Shown here: in pieces, positions 44,628 through 55,358 of the stretch
How positions within the stretch are numbered: position 1 is the first letter of the stretch
Layout of the letters: each line of letters starts with the position of its first letter
DNA from: an uncultured Nitrospiraceae bacterium
Lineage (GTDB): Bacteria; Nitrospirota; Nitrospiria; Nitrospirales; UBA8639
Reading direction: 5' to 3'
Length of the DNA stretch: 64,000 nt
Assembly: GCA_963730905.1 (NCBI GenBank)
Contig: CAVSTN010000015.1
Location: 13,877-77,876 of the forward strand
Notes under the pieces: model-generated
What the model was told of the DNA's origin: nothing
Seen by the model: the letters and a program-made list of their open reading frames with translations, nothing else
Databases searched by the model: none
Position numbers and translations under genes: made by a program

Positions 44628-47600
44628 CTATCGTTCTCCCTCAAGGACGTGCGCATCTTGATCGACACCCAGAGTATCGGCCGATTTTCCCTTCATTCGT
44701 GACCCCAACTTCCTGATCAGCACAAAGAACAACGGCACAAAAAAGATCGCTAAAAATGTCGCCGCCAACATTCCGCCGAAGACGCCTGTCCCGATGGACT
44801 GACGACTGGCCGCGCCCGCGCCGGACGCAATCACCAACGGCACCACGCCTAAAATAAACGCCATAGAGGTCATAATGATCGGCCGGAAGCGAAGACGGAC
44901 GGCCTCTAAGGCTGCCTCCACCAGGGGCATCCCTCCCTCGTAGCGATGATTCGCAAATTCGACGATCAGAATCGCGTTTCGTGCCGCAAGGCCGATTAAG
45001 GTCACTAAGCCGATTTGAAAATAGATATCATTGCTCAGGCCCCGAATCCATACGGCCGATAGAGCCCCGAAGAGACCGAACGGCACGGCCAGAATCACCG
45101 CAAAGGGCACCGACCAACTTTCATACAGGGCGGCAAGCACCAGGAACACCATCAAGAGCCCAAAGGCAAAGGCAAAGACAGACTCCGTGCCGGTCTTCCG
45201 TTCCTGATAGGAAATCCCGCTCCAATCGATATCATAACCCTTGGGAATTAACAATTCCTGAGCCAGCCGTTCCAAGGCATTCAACACCTCACCGGAACTG
45301 TACCCCGGCGCCGCAGCACCCAGGACGGAAGCGGTATTAAATCCATTGAAATGCGTCACGGTATCAGGCCCGCTGGTAAATTCGGTACTGACCACCGAAT
45401 CCAGCGGCACCATCGTGGAACCTTTGGCATTCCTGGCCCGCACATAAATTTTCGCGATATCATCCGGACTCGACCGGAACTCCGGCAAGGCCTCAGTCTG
45501 CACCCGATAGACCCGTCCGAATTTAATGAAATCGTTGATATAGAGATTACCGAAATAGGCTTGCAGCGTATCGAACACTTCTGAAATGGGCACACCTAAG
45601 GCTTTGGCTCGCTCCCGATCGACGCGGGCATACAAACGCGGCGCCGTCACGCGAAAACTCGTCCCGATCGCACCAATAGCCGGATCTTGTTGTGCCTTGC
45701 TGACAAATTGTTGCGTGATCTCGGCAAATTTTTTGAAATCTCCACCGCTCGGATCCTGTAATTGGAGTGAGAATCCCCCGGTTGCCCCCAATCCCCGAAT
45801 GGAAGGCGCGTTAAAAGCCAGGATCAGCGCCTCGGGAATTTCGGCAAACTTTTTGAAGGCATGGCCAATCAGGGATTTGACATGCTGATCGGATTGCAAG
45901 CGGTCATCCCAATGATGCAGCGGGACAAACATGGTCGCTTGATTCGCCCCTCGAGTGTTAAACACAAAGTTTTGCCCGACCAGCGCATCGGTGGAGTGCA
46001 CTTCCGGAACCGAAAGAAAATAATTTTCTACCTTCGCAATCACTTCAGTGGTTCGCTGCTTGGACGCACCGTCCGGCAATTGCACGACCGTAATAAAATA
46101 TCCCTGATCTTCATCCGGCAAAAAACTGGATGGCAGGACTTGAAACAGCCCACCGCTGACAACAAGCAGAACCCCAAAGACCGCAAGCGACAGCACCGCA
46201 TGCTTGAGAATCGTGCCAACCGTTCCCACATATCGATTCTGGAGCCACGCAAATCCGCCATTAAATTTCTTCCAGAACCCGGCCTCCCGTTCCTGCGCCG
46301 GCTTAAGAATCAACGCGCAGAGCGCGGGACTGAGGGTCAACGCCACGATCCCGGAAATAACCACGGACATGGTAATCGTGATTGCAAATTGCTGATACAG
46401 CTCACCGGTAATGCCACCAAGAAACGCCACGGGCAGAAATACGGCCGCCAGCACCACAACAAGCGCAATGACCGGACCGGTGACTTCCGTCATGGCCAGC
46501 TTCGCGGCTTCCTTGGACGGGTGTCCGTTCTGAATATGACGGGCAACGTTTTCCACCACCACAATCGCATCATCCACCACAATCCCGATGGCCAGGACCA
46601 TGCCGAATAGCGTCAAGGTATTAATCGAAAATCCAAGGGCGACCATACCCGCAAATGTGCCGATCAAGGAGACAGGGACGGCCACGGCTGGAATTAATGT
46701 GGCACGCCAGCTCTGAAGAAAAAGATAAACGACCAAAATCACCAGGATCAATGCTTCTCCCAGGGTTTTCACGACCTGTTGAATGGAGACCTCGATAAAT
46801 CTGGTCGTATCGTAAGGAATATCGTAGGAGACACCAGCCGGAAAGATGTTGGTCAGGCTCTGCATTTCCTTCCTGATGCGTTTCACGGTTTCAAGGGCAT
46901 TGGCCCCTGGAGACAGAAATGTCAGCAGAAAGACATTGGGTTTGCCGTTCCACCGTCCCTCAAGATCATAGGACTGCGCGCCGAGTTTGACTGTGGCCAC
47001 TTCGCCGAGACGCACCATGGAACCATCCGGATACGCCCGGACAATCATGTCTTCGAATTCTTTGGCCTCGCTCATTCGTCCTTGCGTGATCACGGGAATG
47101 GTCATCTCAGTTCCCACGGGGGCAGGCTCACGTCCGATCCGACCGGCCGGGAAATCCCGGTTTTGCTCACGAACGACATTCGCAATGTCGGTGGGCGTCA
47201 CATCAAGTTGCGCCATCCGTATCGGGTCTAGAATCAACCGCATGGAATAATTCTGTCCCCCAAAAATCACCGCATCTCCCACGCCGGGAAGCCGTTTTAT
47301 ATTATCCACAATCCGGAGAATCGCGAAATTGGAGAGAAAGACCGTATCCTGACGGGGATCACTGGAACTCAGCGCGACTACCGCGAGTAGATCCGGAGAA
47401 ACCTTTTTGACCGTGATGCCCTGGCGAACCACTTCCGGCGGCAATTGAGGCTCCGCCAGCCGTTGACGGTTTTGAGTTTGGACCTGTGCGATATCAACAT
47501 CCGTCCCGATTTCAAAAGTCAAACGGATGGTCATATGCCCATCGTTGGTACTGGAGGAATCGTAATACAAGAGATTGTCGATGCCGGGGAGCTGCACTTC

Positions 47601-47798
47601 TATCGGCCTTGCCACGGCTTCGGCCACCACTTCGGCACTCGCACCCGGATAATCCGCCTCGATCTGAACCACGGGAGGGGTAATTTGCGGAAACTGGGCA
47701 ATGGGAAGCACTTGAAGAGACACCAGTCCCACTACCACAATCACAATGGAAATGACCGTGGCAAAGATCGGTCGGTCGATAAAAAAATGAGAACTCAT
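44628..47798 (-). CDS. RND efflux permease, HAE1 (AcrB/MexF-like)
   Basis: FFIDRPIFA, GIVVDDAIVVVEN, RFRPIIMTS; 1056 aa. Confidence 0.96.
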   Translation of the reverse strand: MSSHFFIDRPIFATVISIVIVVVGLVSLQVLPIAQFPQITPPVVQIEADYPGASAEVVAEAVARPIEVQLPGIDNLLYYDSSSTNDGHMTIRLTFEIGTDVDIAQVQTQNRQRLAEPQLPPEVVRQGITVKKVSPDLLAVVALSSSDPRQDTVFLSNFAILRIVDNIKRLPGVGDAVIFGGQNYSMRLILDPIRMAQLDVTPTDIANVVREQNRDFPAGRIGREPAPVGTEMTIPVITQGRMSEAKEFEDMIVRAYPDGSMVRLGEVATVKLGAQSYDLEGRWNGKPNVFLLTFLSPGANALETVKRIRKEMQSLTNIFPAGVSYDIPYDTTRFIEVSIQQVVKTLGEALILVILVVYLFLQSWRATLIPAVAVPVSLIGTFAGMVALGFSINTLTLFGMVLAIGIVVDDAIVVVENVARHIQNGHPSKEAAKLAMTEVTGPVIALVVVLAAVFLPVAFLGGITGELYQQFAITITMSVVISGIVALTLSPALCALILKPAQEREAGFWKKFNGGFAWLQNRYVGTVGTILKHAVLSLAVFGVLLVVSGGLFQVLPSSFLPDEDQGYFITVVQLPDGASKQRTTEVIAKVENYFLSVPEVHSTDALVGQNFVFNTRGANQATMFVPLHHWDDRLQSDQHVKSLIGHAFKKFAEIPEALILAFNAPSIRGLGATGGFSLQLQDPSGGDFKKFAEITQQFVSKAQQDPAIGAIGTSFRVTAPRLYARVDRERAKALGVPISEVFDTLQAYFGNLYINDFIKFGRVYRVQTEALPEFRSSPDDIAKIYVRARNAKGSTMVPLDSVVSTEFTSGPDTVTHFNGFNTASVLGAAAPGYSSGEVLNALERLAQELLIPKGYDIDWSGISYQERKTGTESVFAFAFGLLMVFLVLAALYESWSVPFAVILAVPFGLFGALSAVWIRGLSNDIYFQIGLVTLIGLAARNAILIVEFANHRYEGGMPLVEAALEAVRLRFRPIIMTSMAFILGVVPLVIASGAGAASRQSIGTGVFGGMLAATFLAIFFVPLFFVLIRKLGSRMKGKSADTLGVDQDAHVLEGER

Positions 47799-49069
47799 GA
47801 GTTCTCCTGCGTGGTTTCAGAAGGGGTCGGATTCTCATGGCTCGGACTTTCCGATGCGGCCTCTCCATTCCCGAACGGCACGGGATTGACCTGCACTCCC
47901 GGTTGAATCCGATGAAATCCTTCAACGACGATCCGCTCACCAGGCTGAAGGCCTTCTTCAATGAGCCAATCGCCCCCACGCCAACCGGTGGCGTCCACTT
48001 CACGCACTTCGACTTTATCGTCGGATCCGATCACATTCACAAACGTGCCTTTAGGACCCTGTTGAACCGCACGCTGAGGAATCAAGATCGCATCGGTCCG
48101 GATATATCCCTTTAACCGGATGCGGACGAATTGTCCGGGATACAAATAGGATTTGCCGGGCGAAAGATCGGCCTCAGGATTGGGAAAGGCAAACCGGCCC
48201 TGCAAGGTTCCCGTCTCCGACCGGATGGCCACATCGGCAAAATCCAACTTTCCTTCATGGGGATAGACACTGCCATCTGCGAACGTCATGACTCCGCGCA
48301 ATTGAAAGAGATCAGGCCTCTGGACTCTGTGGGCCGCCAGTTCACGCCTCCGTCGCAACAAATATGTTTCCGGAACGGATACATTCACATACATGGGATC
48401 CAACTGATCGATGGTGGTCATCAGATCTGTCTGGGCAGAGACCAGACGTCCTTCATAAAACCGGCTTTTCGAAATACGTCCCCCGATCGGAGCCACGATC
48501 AGGGTGTTACTCAGGTCAAACCTGGACTTGACCAGATCGCCCTGCGCCGCTTCCAGGGCTGCTTTGGCCGCTAATCCCTCCGCCAGGGCATCGTCCACGT
48601 CCTTTTGACTGACCGCTTGTTCTTCCAGGAGAGGTTTGACGCGCGCAAAATCCTGCTTCGCTTGTACCAGTCGAGCCTCCGCTTGTGTCACCCTGGCTTT
48701 GGCACTGAGATAGGCCGCTTTAAAAGGCACCGGGTCGATGAGGTACAGCCGGTCACCTTGTTTGACATTCCTGCCTTCGGTGAAAAACACCTTCTTAATG
48801 ATGCCCGTTACCTGGGACCGGATCTCCACCGGGCGAAAGGCCTCGGTTTGTCCGATGAATTCCGGTTCATCGGGAAGATCCTGGGTGGTAACCGTCACCA
48901 CTTCCACCATCGGCGGTGGAGGAGCCGGGGGTGAGGTTGCTCCCTGCCCACATCCTGCAAGAAGAATCAGCAATAATCCGACACTCCTCCGAATCACGGC
49001 GTTCCCATTGCCCAAGTGAGCTAAAACGGACCTGAGTATGGCGGCATTCATCTGGTTGGTTCCCACCAA
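47795..49069 (-). CDS. RND efflux periplasmic adaptor (MFP)
   Basis: LLAGC lipobox, VEIRSQVTG, APIGG, PGQFV, IPQRAV. Confidence 0.93.
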   Translation of the reverse strand: MVGTNQMNAAILRSVLAHLGNGNAVIRRSVGLLLILLAGCGQGATSPPAPPPPMVEVVTVTTQDLPDEPEFIGQTEAFRPVEIRSQVTGIIKKVFFTEGRNVKQGDRLYLIDPVPFKAAYLSAKARVTQAEARLVQAKQDFARVKPLLEEQAVSQKDVDDALAEGLAAKAALEAAQGDLVKSRFDLSNTLIVAPIGGRISKSRFYEGRLVSAQTDLMTTIDQLDPMYVNVSVPETYLLRRRRELAAHRVQRPDLFQLRGVMTFADGSVYPHEGKLDFADVAIRSETGTLQGRFAFPNPEADLSPGKSYLYPGQFVRIRLKGYIRTDAILIPQRAVQQGPKGTFVNVIGSDDKVEVREVDATGWRGGDWLIEEGLQPGERIVVEGFHRIQPGVQVNPVPFGNGEAASESPSHENPTPSETTQENS

Positions 49070-49350
49070 TTCCGGTTAATCCCATTCACGGCATTCATGC
49101 CGGAATTTTCCAATTGTGCTCTTCTCTGAATGGTTGGCTCATCCATAGGGGTTGCCTTTCCTTCATCCTCATTGCAGGGCATTATCTTCTTTAAATGTGT
49201 AGACGAAAGATTGCCACAATTATTACGTATTACGGCCGAACAAAGGGGCTTCACATTTGGGACAAATACATTCTTCTTCCACCATTCATCTCGATCCCGC
49301 TTCATTCCACGCGTTTCTTCTCATGAGAGTCAGAAAGCTCGAATATCGGC

Positions 49351-50223
49351 TTACTCAAGTCGCCCCATCCTTCCCGCACGATAATCGTTCACAGCCTGCA
49401 CGAGCTCTTCCTCCGTGTTCATGACAAAGGGGCCCATCCGGGCGACGGGTTCCAGAATCGGTTCCCCACTCAGCACCAACACCCTGGTCTCCTCCGTGGC
49501 CTCAACATTCACCTTCGTTCCCTGCGGGTCACAAAGAGCCATTTCGGCCTCCCCGACTTTGTGTGATCCATTCAAAACCAATCCCCCACTCAACACAAAT
49601 ACGGCGGTATTATATCCAACCGGAAGGCTAAGCTCACCCTTGTGTCCGGCTACCAATCTCAGATCATACAGGTGCACGGGCGTGAACGTCTTGGCCGGCC
49701 CTTTGAGTCCCTCATATTCCCCGGCGATCACACGGAGCACACCGCCTTGGCCCCCAAGATTGGCTTGAGGAATGTCTTCATTGAGCAGGGTTTGGTACCG
49801 GGGCGCGCTCATTTTTAATGACCTGGGAAGATTGACCCAGAGTTGAATCATTTGTAGCGTGCCGCCCTCCCTGGCCCAGGCTTGCTCATGGAGTTCTTCA
49901 TGGACCACACCCGATGCCGCCGTCATCCATTGCACATCACCCGGTCCGATGGTTCCTCCGTTTCCGGCTGAATCGCGATGCGCGACTTTTCCCTGATAGA
50001 CGATGGTCACGGTCTCAAACCCACGATGAGGATGCTCTCCGACTCCCAGCCGTTGATTCGTCGGAGGGAACGATGCCGGACCCGCATAATCCAAGAGCAG
50101 AAAGGGACTGATTTCTTCGGTCAGATTGTGGCTTGGAAAGATATTCCGTACCGGAAACCCGTCCCCTACCATATGGGTGGACCCCGCTTTGTAGATTCCT
50201 GTCACTGATTTCAGTTGCGCCAT
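49351..50223 (-). CDS. Pirin family protein
   Basis: PFLLLD, HPHRGFETVT, QWMTA.SG..H.E, QLWVNLP, GPFVMN. Confidence 0.95.
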   Translation of the reverse strand: MAQLKSVTGIYKAGSTHMVGDGFPVRNIFPSHNLTEEISPFLLLDYAGPASFPPTNQRLGVGEHPHRGFETVTIVYQGKVAHRDSAGNGGTIGPGDVQWMTAASGVVHEELHEQAWAREGGTLQMIQLWVNLPRSLKMSAPRYQTLLNEDIPQANLGGQGGVLRVIAGEYEGLKGPAKTFTPVHLYDLRLVAGHKGELSLPVGYNTAVFVLSGGLVLNGSHKVGEAEMALCDPQGTKVNVEATEETRVLVLSGEPILEPVARMGPFVMNTEEELVQAVNDYRAGRMGRLE

Positions 50224-50238
50224 GGTAGACTCCTTTCT

Positions 50239-50538
50239 TCAGCACGTTCCCTCGACTTCTTCTTTAGAAGAACGGGTGATTTCTTCAACATAGGCCCGGG
50301 TCAGACAGCCGGAAGAGAGAAAACTCGCTCCCTGCTGAAAGACCCGTTTTAAAAATGATTTCCCTTCCTGATCCAAAAACGTCACCCCCCGCAGATCCAG
50401 TCGACGTGGTCGACCCGGATGCTCCGCGCATGTCTCCTGCCAACACCGTTCGGCTTCGCTAACGGCAGGTCCGGCAAGACGGCCTTCCAACTGCAAGGTG
50501 ATCATCGTGTCATCTATGTGCGTGGTGACTCGAATCAT
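50239..50538 (-). CDS. STAS-like domain protein
   Basis: LEGRLAGP.V.E, LDLRGVTFLD..G. Confidence 0.7.
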   Translation of the reverse strand: MIRVTTHIDDTMITLQLEGRLAGPAVSEAERCWQETCAEHPGRPRRLDLRGVTFLDQEGKSFLKRVFQQGASFLSSGCLTRAYVEEITRSSKEEVEGTC

Positions 50539-50652
50539 GACCTCATTCCTTATCAACACCGTTGAGATCCGGGGATCTGAATCTCTTAGGCTTCATGGCC
50601 TTGTGCGCGTAACAGGTTCGTGGGCATTGGTGTTTCAGATCACAGGAATTCT

Positions 50653-51000
50653 TTACCCATGATAAAAATCTTCTCGAATGACTTTTCCATCCTTCCAGGT
50701 TTGCACGGCCACCTGCTGCATTTTCACGCGGTTTCCCCCTTTAAAGGTCAGGTCAAACGTCCATTCCACGGCAGCATGATTCCCGTCAACGATCGTCCGT
50801 CCGACCTGGGCCCCATGGAACTCCTGAACATTATTTAAAAACTGTTGTTCATATTCTCGATTAGCCGCTTTTCCGACTCGCTCGTCCTTTAGGTTTTCAC
50901 TCATCACCACGTTATCAGCGTAGTACTTGTCAAATGTCTCCAAAAGTTTCCCGGCCAAAATCCCATCGATCACAGCTTGAACATGTTGTTGAATACTCAT
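50653..51000 (-). CDS. SnoaL/NTF2-like protein
   Basis: FDKYYADNVVM.E, EW, W.DGK..RE.FY. Confidence 0.85.
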   Translation of the reverse strand: MSIQQHVQAVIDGILAGKLLETFDKYYADNVVMSENLKDERVGKAANREYEQQFLNNVQEFHGAQVGRTIVDGNHAAVEWTFDLTFKGGNRVKMQQVAVQTWKDGKVIREDFYHG

Positions 51001-51081
51001 AAGAAATTCTCCTTTCATTGAATAAAATTTGACGGTTCATACCTCGAATTGAAACATTGATTGATTCATGCACTCTCATTC

Positions 51082-51768
51082 TTATGCTGCCCCGATAGGA
51101 ATGAGCGCTCCATTCAGCGCTTCGGCCTCATCAGAGGCAAGAAAAACCAGCAGCGCGGCAATGGCTTCCGGCTTCACCCATTGGTTGGGATCGGCGTCAG
51201 GCATGCTTTCTCGATTAGCCGGCGTATCAATGGTGGATGGCAGCACCCCGTTCACCTTCACGCCTGAACCGGCTAACTCAAGAGCCAGCACCTTGATCAG
51301 AGCCAGAAGGCCCGACTTTGAGACAATATACGCACCCGCACCAGGAAATGGATCAACAGCGGCCTGAGCGGCCATATGAATGATTCGACCATCGCCTTGT
51401 TTGGTCATCAGGCGAGTCGCCTCCCTCGACAGCAAAAAGGCCGAGGTCAAATTGAGGGAGAGCATTCGGGACCACGCGGATGCGTCCGTCTCGGCAAGGC
51501 GACCCATGGCAAACCCGCCAACCAGATTGATCAAGCAATCAATGCGTGTGGTTTTTTGCACGGCCTCCTTCATGAGGCGCTGAACCTCAACCTCATCGGT
51601 GACATCCGCTGAAAGGCCCAACAGACCTTCCGGAAGTGTCTGAGGAAGTTCCCGGCCCACGACCACCACCTTGGCACCCGCCTGGGAGAATGCTTTGGTC
51701 ACCGCCTGGCCCAAGCCACCCGATGCCCCTGTGATCATGACAACTTTTCCATTGAGGGAAACCATCAT
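51082..51768 (-). CDS. Short-chain dehydrogenase/reductase
   Basis: TGASGGLG, YIVSK, PSTIDTP.NR. Confidence 0.92.
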   Translation of the reverse strand: MMVSLNGKVVMITGASGGLGQAVTKAFSQAGAKVVVVGRELPQTLPEGLLGLSADVTDEVEVQRLMKEAVQKTTRIDCLINLVGGFAMGRLAETDASAWSRMLSLNLTSAFLLSREATRLMTKQGDGRIIHMAAQAAVDPFPGAGAYIVSKSGLLALIKVLALELAGSGVKVNGVLPSTIDTPANRESMPDADPNQWVKPEAIAALLVFLASDEAEALNGALIPIGAA

Positions 51769-51889
51769 TGAACTCCTTTTTCGGCTCTCCGCTTTTTTAT
51801 TGTTCCACTTTCATCTGCATCAGAAGATGGGCCCGATCTCCCACCATCCGGTAAAAGATCGAGCCACAGCATTATTCACATCGGCTTCG

Positions 51890-52435
51890 TTACTCGTGAG
51901 TTTTCCCTTTGGCATTGATGCTTTTTTCGTCATGCGAAGCACGATGCAGATCAATAACGGTGCCGCCTTCATTCACTTCAACCGTCACCATGGCACCTTC
52001 TTCGATGGGCTTGGTTTTGATCTCCAGCCGACCAAGCGGAAACACTTTCTCACCCTCGGAAGTTTCCAGTTTGATTTCCTTGTTCATTTTTCCCATATAC
52101 ACCAACTTCCCCGTATAGAAGTGATGGATGCCTTCCTCGCCCTTGGGATGGGCCTCGATGACGGCGTTGTTCTCATCCAGCACCAGGGTCACTTCGTCTC
52201 CCACCTTGGGGACCGCGTGGCCATGCCGATGAGATGCATTCTCGGTCAGAGTATAATTCCCGGTGGGCGTTTTAACCGTGAGAATCCCACCTTTCTCCGT
52301 TGTTACGACTCCGGTGACCTGCGTATGCCCATGGCTGACGCCCTTGGAGCCCGCGTGCCCGATACCGGACATAAGAAGAACCATGCCCATTACCGCTGAT
52401 AACATCATCACCTGAATATTCATTGTACGGTTCAT
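51890..52435 (-). CDS. Exported protein with two beta-rich (OB-like) repeats, function unknown
   Basis: AAGGAGG RBS, signal peptide, repeats ending GDEVTLVLDENNAVIEAH / GAMVTVEVNEGGTVIDLH. Confidence 0.7.
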   Translation of the reverse strand: MNRTMNIQVMMLSAVMGMVLLMSGIGHAGSKGVSHGHTQVTGVVTTEKGGILTVKTPTGNYTLTENASHRHGHAVPKVGDEVTLVLDENNAVIEAHPKGEEGIHHFYTGKLVYMGKMNKEIKLETSEGEKVFPLGRLEIKTKPIEEGAMVTVEVNEGGTVIDLHRASHDEKSINAKGKTHE

Positions 52436-52559
52436 CACTTCCTCCTTTATGGTTGTTGAAAAAACCCTGTTGCTATCCTGACGAATTTTGCCCATATTCA
52501 TTTCTTGACTCCTTTCCATAATTATTCATTTCCTAGAATTATGATTAACCCTGCTACGC

Positions 52560-53054
52560 TTAGGCTGCCGCAGTCCGGCGAGTCCCATCAGCGTGGGTTG
52601 ATTCCTGCGGTGAAAGCCACGTGCCAATCACCTGATCAACCGACCACTTCCCGCCGCCCGTCACCATTAACGAAAGACCCATACCAATGACGAGCAGGTG
52701 ATACTCGAATCCTTCGCCGGCCTGTTGGCCAAACCAGTTCATGAAAAACCCGTTCGACCAGTGCACCGTCGCGATCGCCCCCAACATGATGATGCCCAAA
52801 CTGGCTGCGGTGAACCGCGTCATGAATCCGGCGGCCAGTGCAAGCGCGCCAACCGATTCTCCCATAATGACCAGAAAAGCAATCACCCAGGGCAAACCCA
52901 TCTGCTGGGTAAAGAATCCCATGGTGCCCTCAAACCCGTTTCCGCCATACCATCCCAGCAGCTTTTGCGCCCCATGAGGGAAAATGACCAGGGCCAACAT
53001 CACTCGTAAAATCACCGGCGCCCAGCGCTCTTCTGTTTGAAAGAATGTTTTCAT
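52560..53054 (-). CDS. DoxX family membrane protein
   Basis: LRV.L...FPHGAQKL.G, GFFMNW.G...GEGFEYH, G.GKWSVD. Confidence 0.92.
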   Translation of the reverse strand: MKTFFQTEERWAPVILRVMLALVIFPHGAQKLLGWYGGNGFEGTMGFFTQQMGLPWVIAFLVIMGESVGALALAAGFMTRFTAASLGIIMLGAIATVHWSNGFFMNWFGQQAGEGFEYHLLVIGMGLSLMVTGGGKWSVDQVIGTWLSPQESTHADGTRRTAAA

Positions 53055-53144
53055 AGCTTGCTCTCCTTTGTGAATGAATAAATGTGTGCGGTTTGTCATG
53101 GTTTGTTCCAACGAAAGCTTTGTTGAACTCTTACCTAAACATAT

Positions 53145-53160
53145 GGCAAGAGCCGTTCCA
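53145..53160 (-). promoter_or_regulatory. Sigma-54 (-24/-12) promoter for the doxX...RND operon
   Basis: Minus strand TGGAACGGCTCTTGCC, near-consensus; IHF-like TAACTCATTGAAT at 53187 and TGT-N10-ACA at 53276-53291. Confidence 0.7.
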
Positions 53161-53554
53161 GCTTGCCGGAGGGAACAATAAGGCCATAACTCATTGAATG
53201 AATGAGTTTTTTACTTAAAGATAGGGAATAGCGAGCGTTGGAATGTCGAAATAAATGTGACGATATGTCGACTCATGTCGATGGAACAACATTAAAACTT
53301 CCTGGAGGGCCTATGTAGAAAGGATTTTTGTAAAAATCGACATTCTCCTTCTCATACACAGCGTCGGAAACCAAGCAAGCACTTCGTCGAATGTCATCCT
53401 CTTCATAGAACCGCGTTTCCCGGCAACAGTCGACCATACCAAGCACTTGGATCATGATTCCCACGAACACCCGATAGGCCATGACATTGAAGGGCCACTC
53501 CACCTCGGTATTCTCTACGCCGATGATGTATTTCATTAAGAACGAAAATAAACA

Positions 53555-54092
53555 ACTCCGCCCAAAGGGCGAGGTTTTTTTTTAAGAAATTTAAAACAAC
53601 TTCAGTTGGGTGCCCCCTGATCTTCATGCCGACGGTAGCGAATTTTTCTTCTGATCACCGAAGCCGTCCCGGGATCCTCCACCGTGCCTACAAAATACCC
53701 GTTCTTCCAAAACTCCCCTTTCCACATCTCCTCCTCCAGTTCCCGAAACTCTTTAAACACCCGCCTCGCCGAAATACTCTTCAATATCCCCACCACTTTG
53801 GCAATCGCATAGCGGGGTGGGAAATTTAGAAAGATGTAGACATGGTCTTTGGCTACTTCCAATTTTCAAGTTCAAACCCAAAGTCCTCGACAATCTTACG
53901 GAACACCTGCTCCACCTGTCGTTGGATATCTTCCCGGAGAATCCAGTTCCATTAATTGGAGGCCCACACCAGATGATAGTTCGTGTCGTACACTACATGA
54001 CTAGTCCGTTTAACGGGCATAAAGTCCTGCTATCACAACCTGGACCGGCCTCAGGCGGGCTGAACTTCCCTTCCCGCAAAGGGTGGGGCTTC
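53555..54092 (-). mobile_element. Degenerate IS200/IS605-family element (tnpA only) with terminal hairpins
   Basis: Hairpins CGCCC-AAA-GGGCG (~53559) and CCC-GCAA-AGGG (~54072) flank the tnpA remnant. Confidence 0.7.
53602..54020 (-). pseudogene. tnpA: IS200 Y1 transposase pseudogene
   Basis: MPVKRTSHVVYDTNYHLVWASN* (stop), frameshift, DHVY (HUH lost), LKSISAR, FW..GYFV.T, catalytic Tyr replaced (RRKI). Confidence 0.88.
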
Positions 54093-54279
54093 CACGTTCG
54101 TGTTAGTAAAGTGGTAGGTGTCTGCCATGATCTGACCTTAAGGACACAGTTGCGCTACGGTCTGTTCATGCCTCATGGCACGTCTATCGCATCGTCACAC
54201 ATGTGCCTCCTCATTGTCTGATTAGATTGAACGGCCATACGCCCATCGCCCTGCGCTGGTTTTGGGTCATCCCCATCCC

Positions 54280-54834
54280 CTACTTCTTGGCACAACGAGG
54301 GTCTGCACTCTGAAGCTCGCCGATTTTCTGATCATCGAATGGGATCGGAGCACAGCCGTGCCCCTTTTCACACACGAAGTCGAATCTAGCCGCGGGCTGA
54401 TGACAACTTAGGCACGTCACCCCTTGCGAGAGATTGACGACCTTGTCTCCCCGATCTCTGATTTTGGTGCCTGCCTTGGAGACTTCCAAAGCAAAAAACT
54501 CCCAGCCATTCGTTTTGGGAAACTTCTCACGCGGATGCTTCACCATGGCTTCAAACGGAATCAGCTGGAGGATGGTACCAACCGGATATTCCCTGTCCGG
54601 CACGCTGTCTCGGAAGATACGCTTTGCCTCTTTCAACTTCTCCGGATCAGCATGCATGAAGCGCGTATTTCTGACCTTTGGCCAGTCAAGGATACACCCA
54701 AAGGTTTGCTCGGAAACGGCAATATCCTCAGCGGACACACTGGCCACCATACAGAAGCCAAGGCCAGCCACTAGGACGCTCCGTTTAAACACACAAACGG
54801 AGAGTCGACACCTGAGCGCGATGAGATGAGGCAT
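54280..54834 (-). CDS. Exported monoheme c-type cytochrome, cytochrome P460/c'-beta-like
   Basis: AAGGAG RBS, signal peptide, YPVGTIL, AMVK, GWEFF, C-terminal CLSCH, DFV. Confidence 0.65.
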   Translation of the reverse strand: MPHLIALRCRLSVCVFKRSVLVAGLGFCMVASVSAEDIAVSEQTFGCILDWPKVRNTRFMHADPEKLKEAKRIFRDSVPDREYPVGTILQLIPFEAMVKHPREKFPKTNGWEFFALEVSKAGTKIRDRGDKVVNLSQGVTCLSCHQPAARFDFVCEKGHGCAPIPFDDQKIGELQSADPRCAKK

Positions 54835-54959
54835 GTCGTGGACTCCTTCCTTAGTTATGACCCTCAGAAATGCGAGGGCACGCGGGTTTATATTCAACAT
54901 GAGCGCGGTGACCAGAACGAGCCCAGTCCTCCTTGGGGGAAACCTTATCATTTAGCCTC

Positions 54960-55225
54960 GGCAGCAAAAGCAAAGTAAATGAAGTCGACGGCCTTATGTC
55001 GGCTTTTCAGCCTCCTCAGGATAAAGGCGAGCGGGATATCCCAGCCCCCCCTCAAACAAGCGGCCTGTACACGTTCGGCGGCGCGAGCGACAGGGGCGAC
55101 GTGACACCGAGGGCAGGGCCGATCCCGACAGAGAACAAAAGTCTCACGGCGAGCAGCAGGGCCACGGCCCCGATGAACCCTGCGGTGAATCCTAAGACAA
55201 CGAATTCCCCGTTCCCTTTTCCGTT
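54960..55225 (-). pseudogene. Decayed paralogue of the membrane protein at 62891..63310
   Basis: GFTAGFIGAVALL...LGVTSPLSLAPPNVYRPLV*GG-WGIP versus CFAAGVLGALAVI...LGVKAPISFKSPDIYRPLFWGGLWGIP. Confidence 0.75.
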
Positions 55226-55358
55226 TAACAGATCCTATCCTCCGCCCGGGTCACCAGGGAGGGAGGACGGCTTCTTCACCTATCGCATGGCTGCGCCGAC
55301 GGTGTTGTCATTCTGTTTGGCGGAGGAAGACCTCGTATTGCTAGTGGCCATTCCGTTC

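Noticed and set aside
49222-49284. Tiny minus-strand ORF MVEEECICPKCEAPLFGRNT with CxxC
   Set aside because: 20 codons, no clear RBS; cannot be supported.
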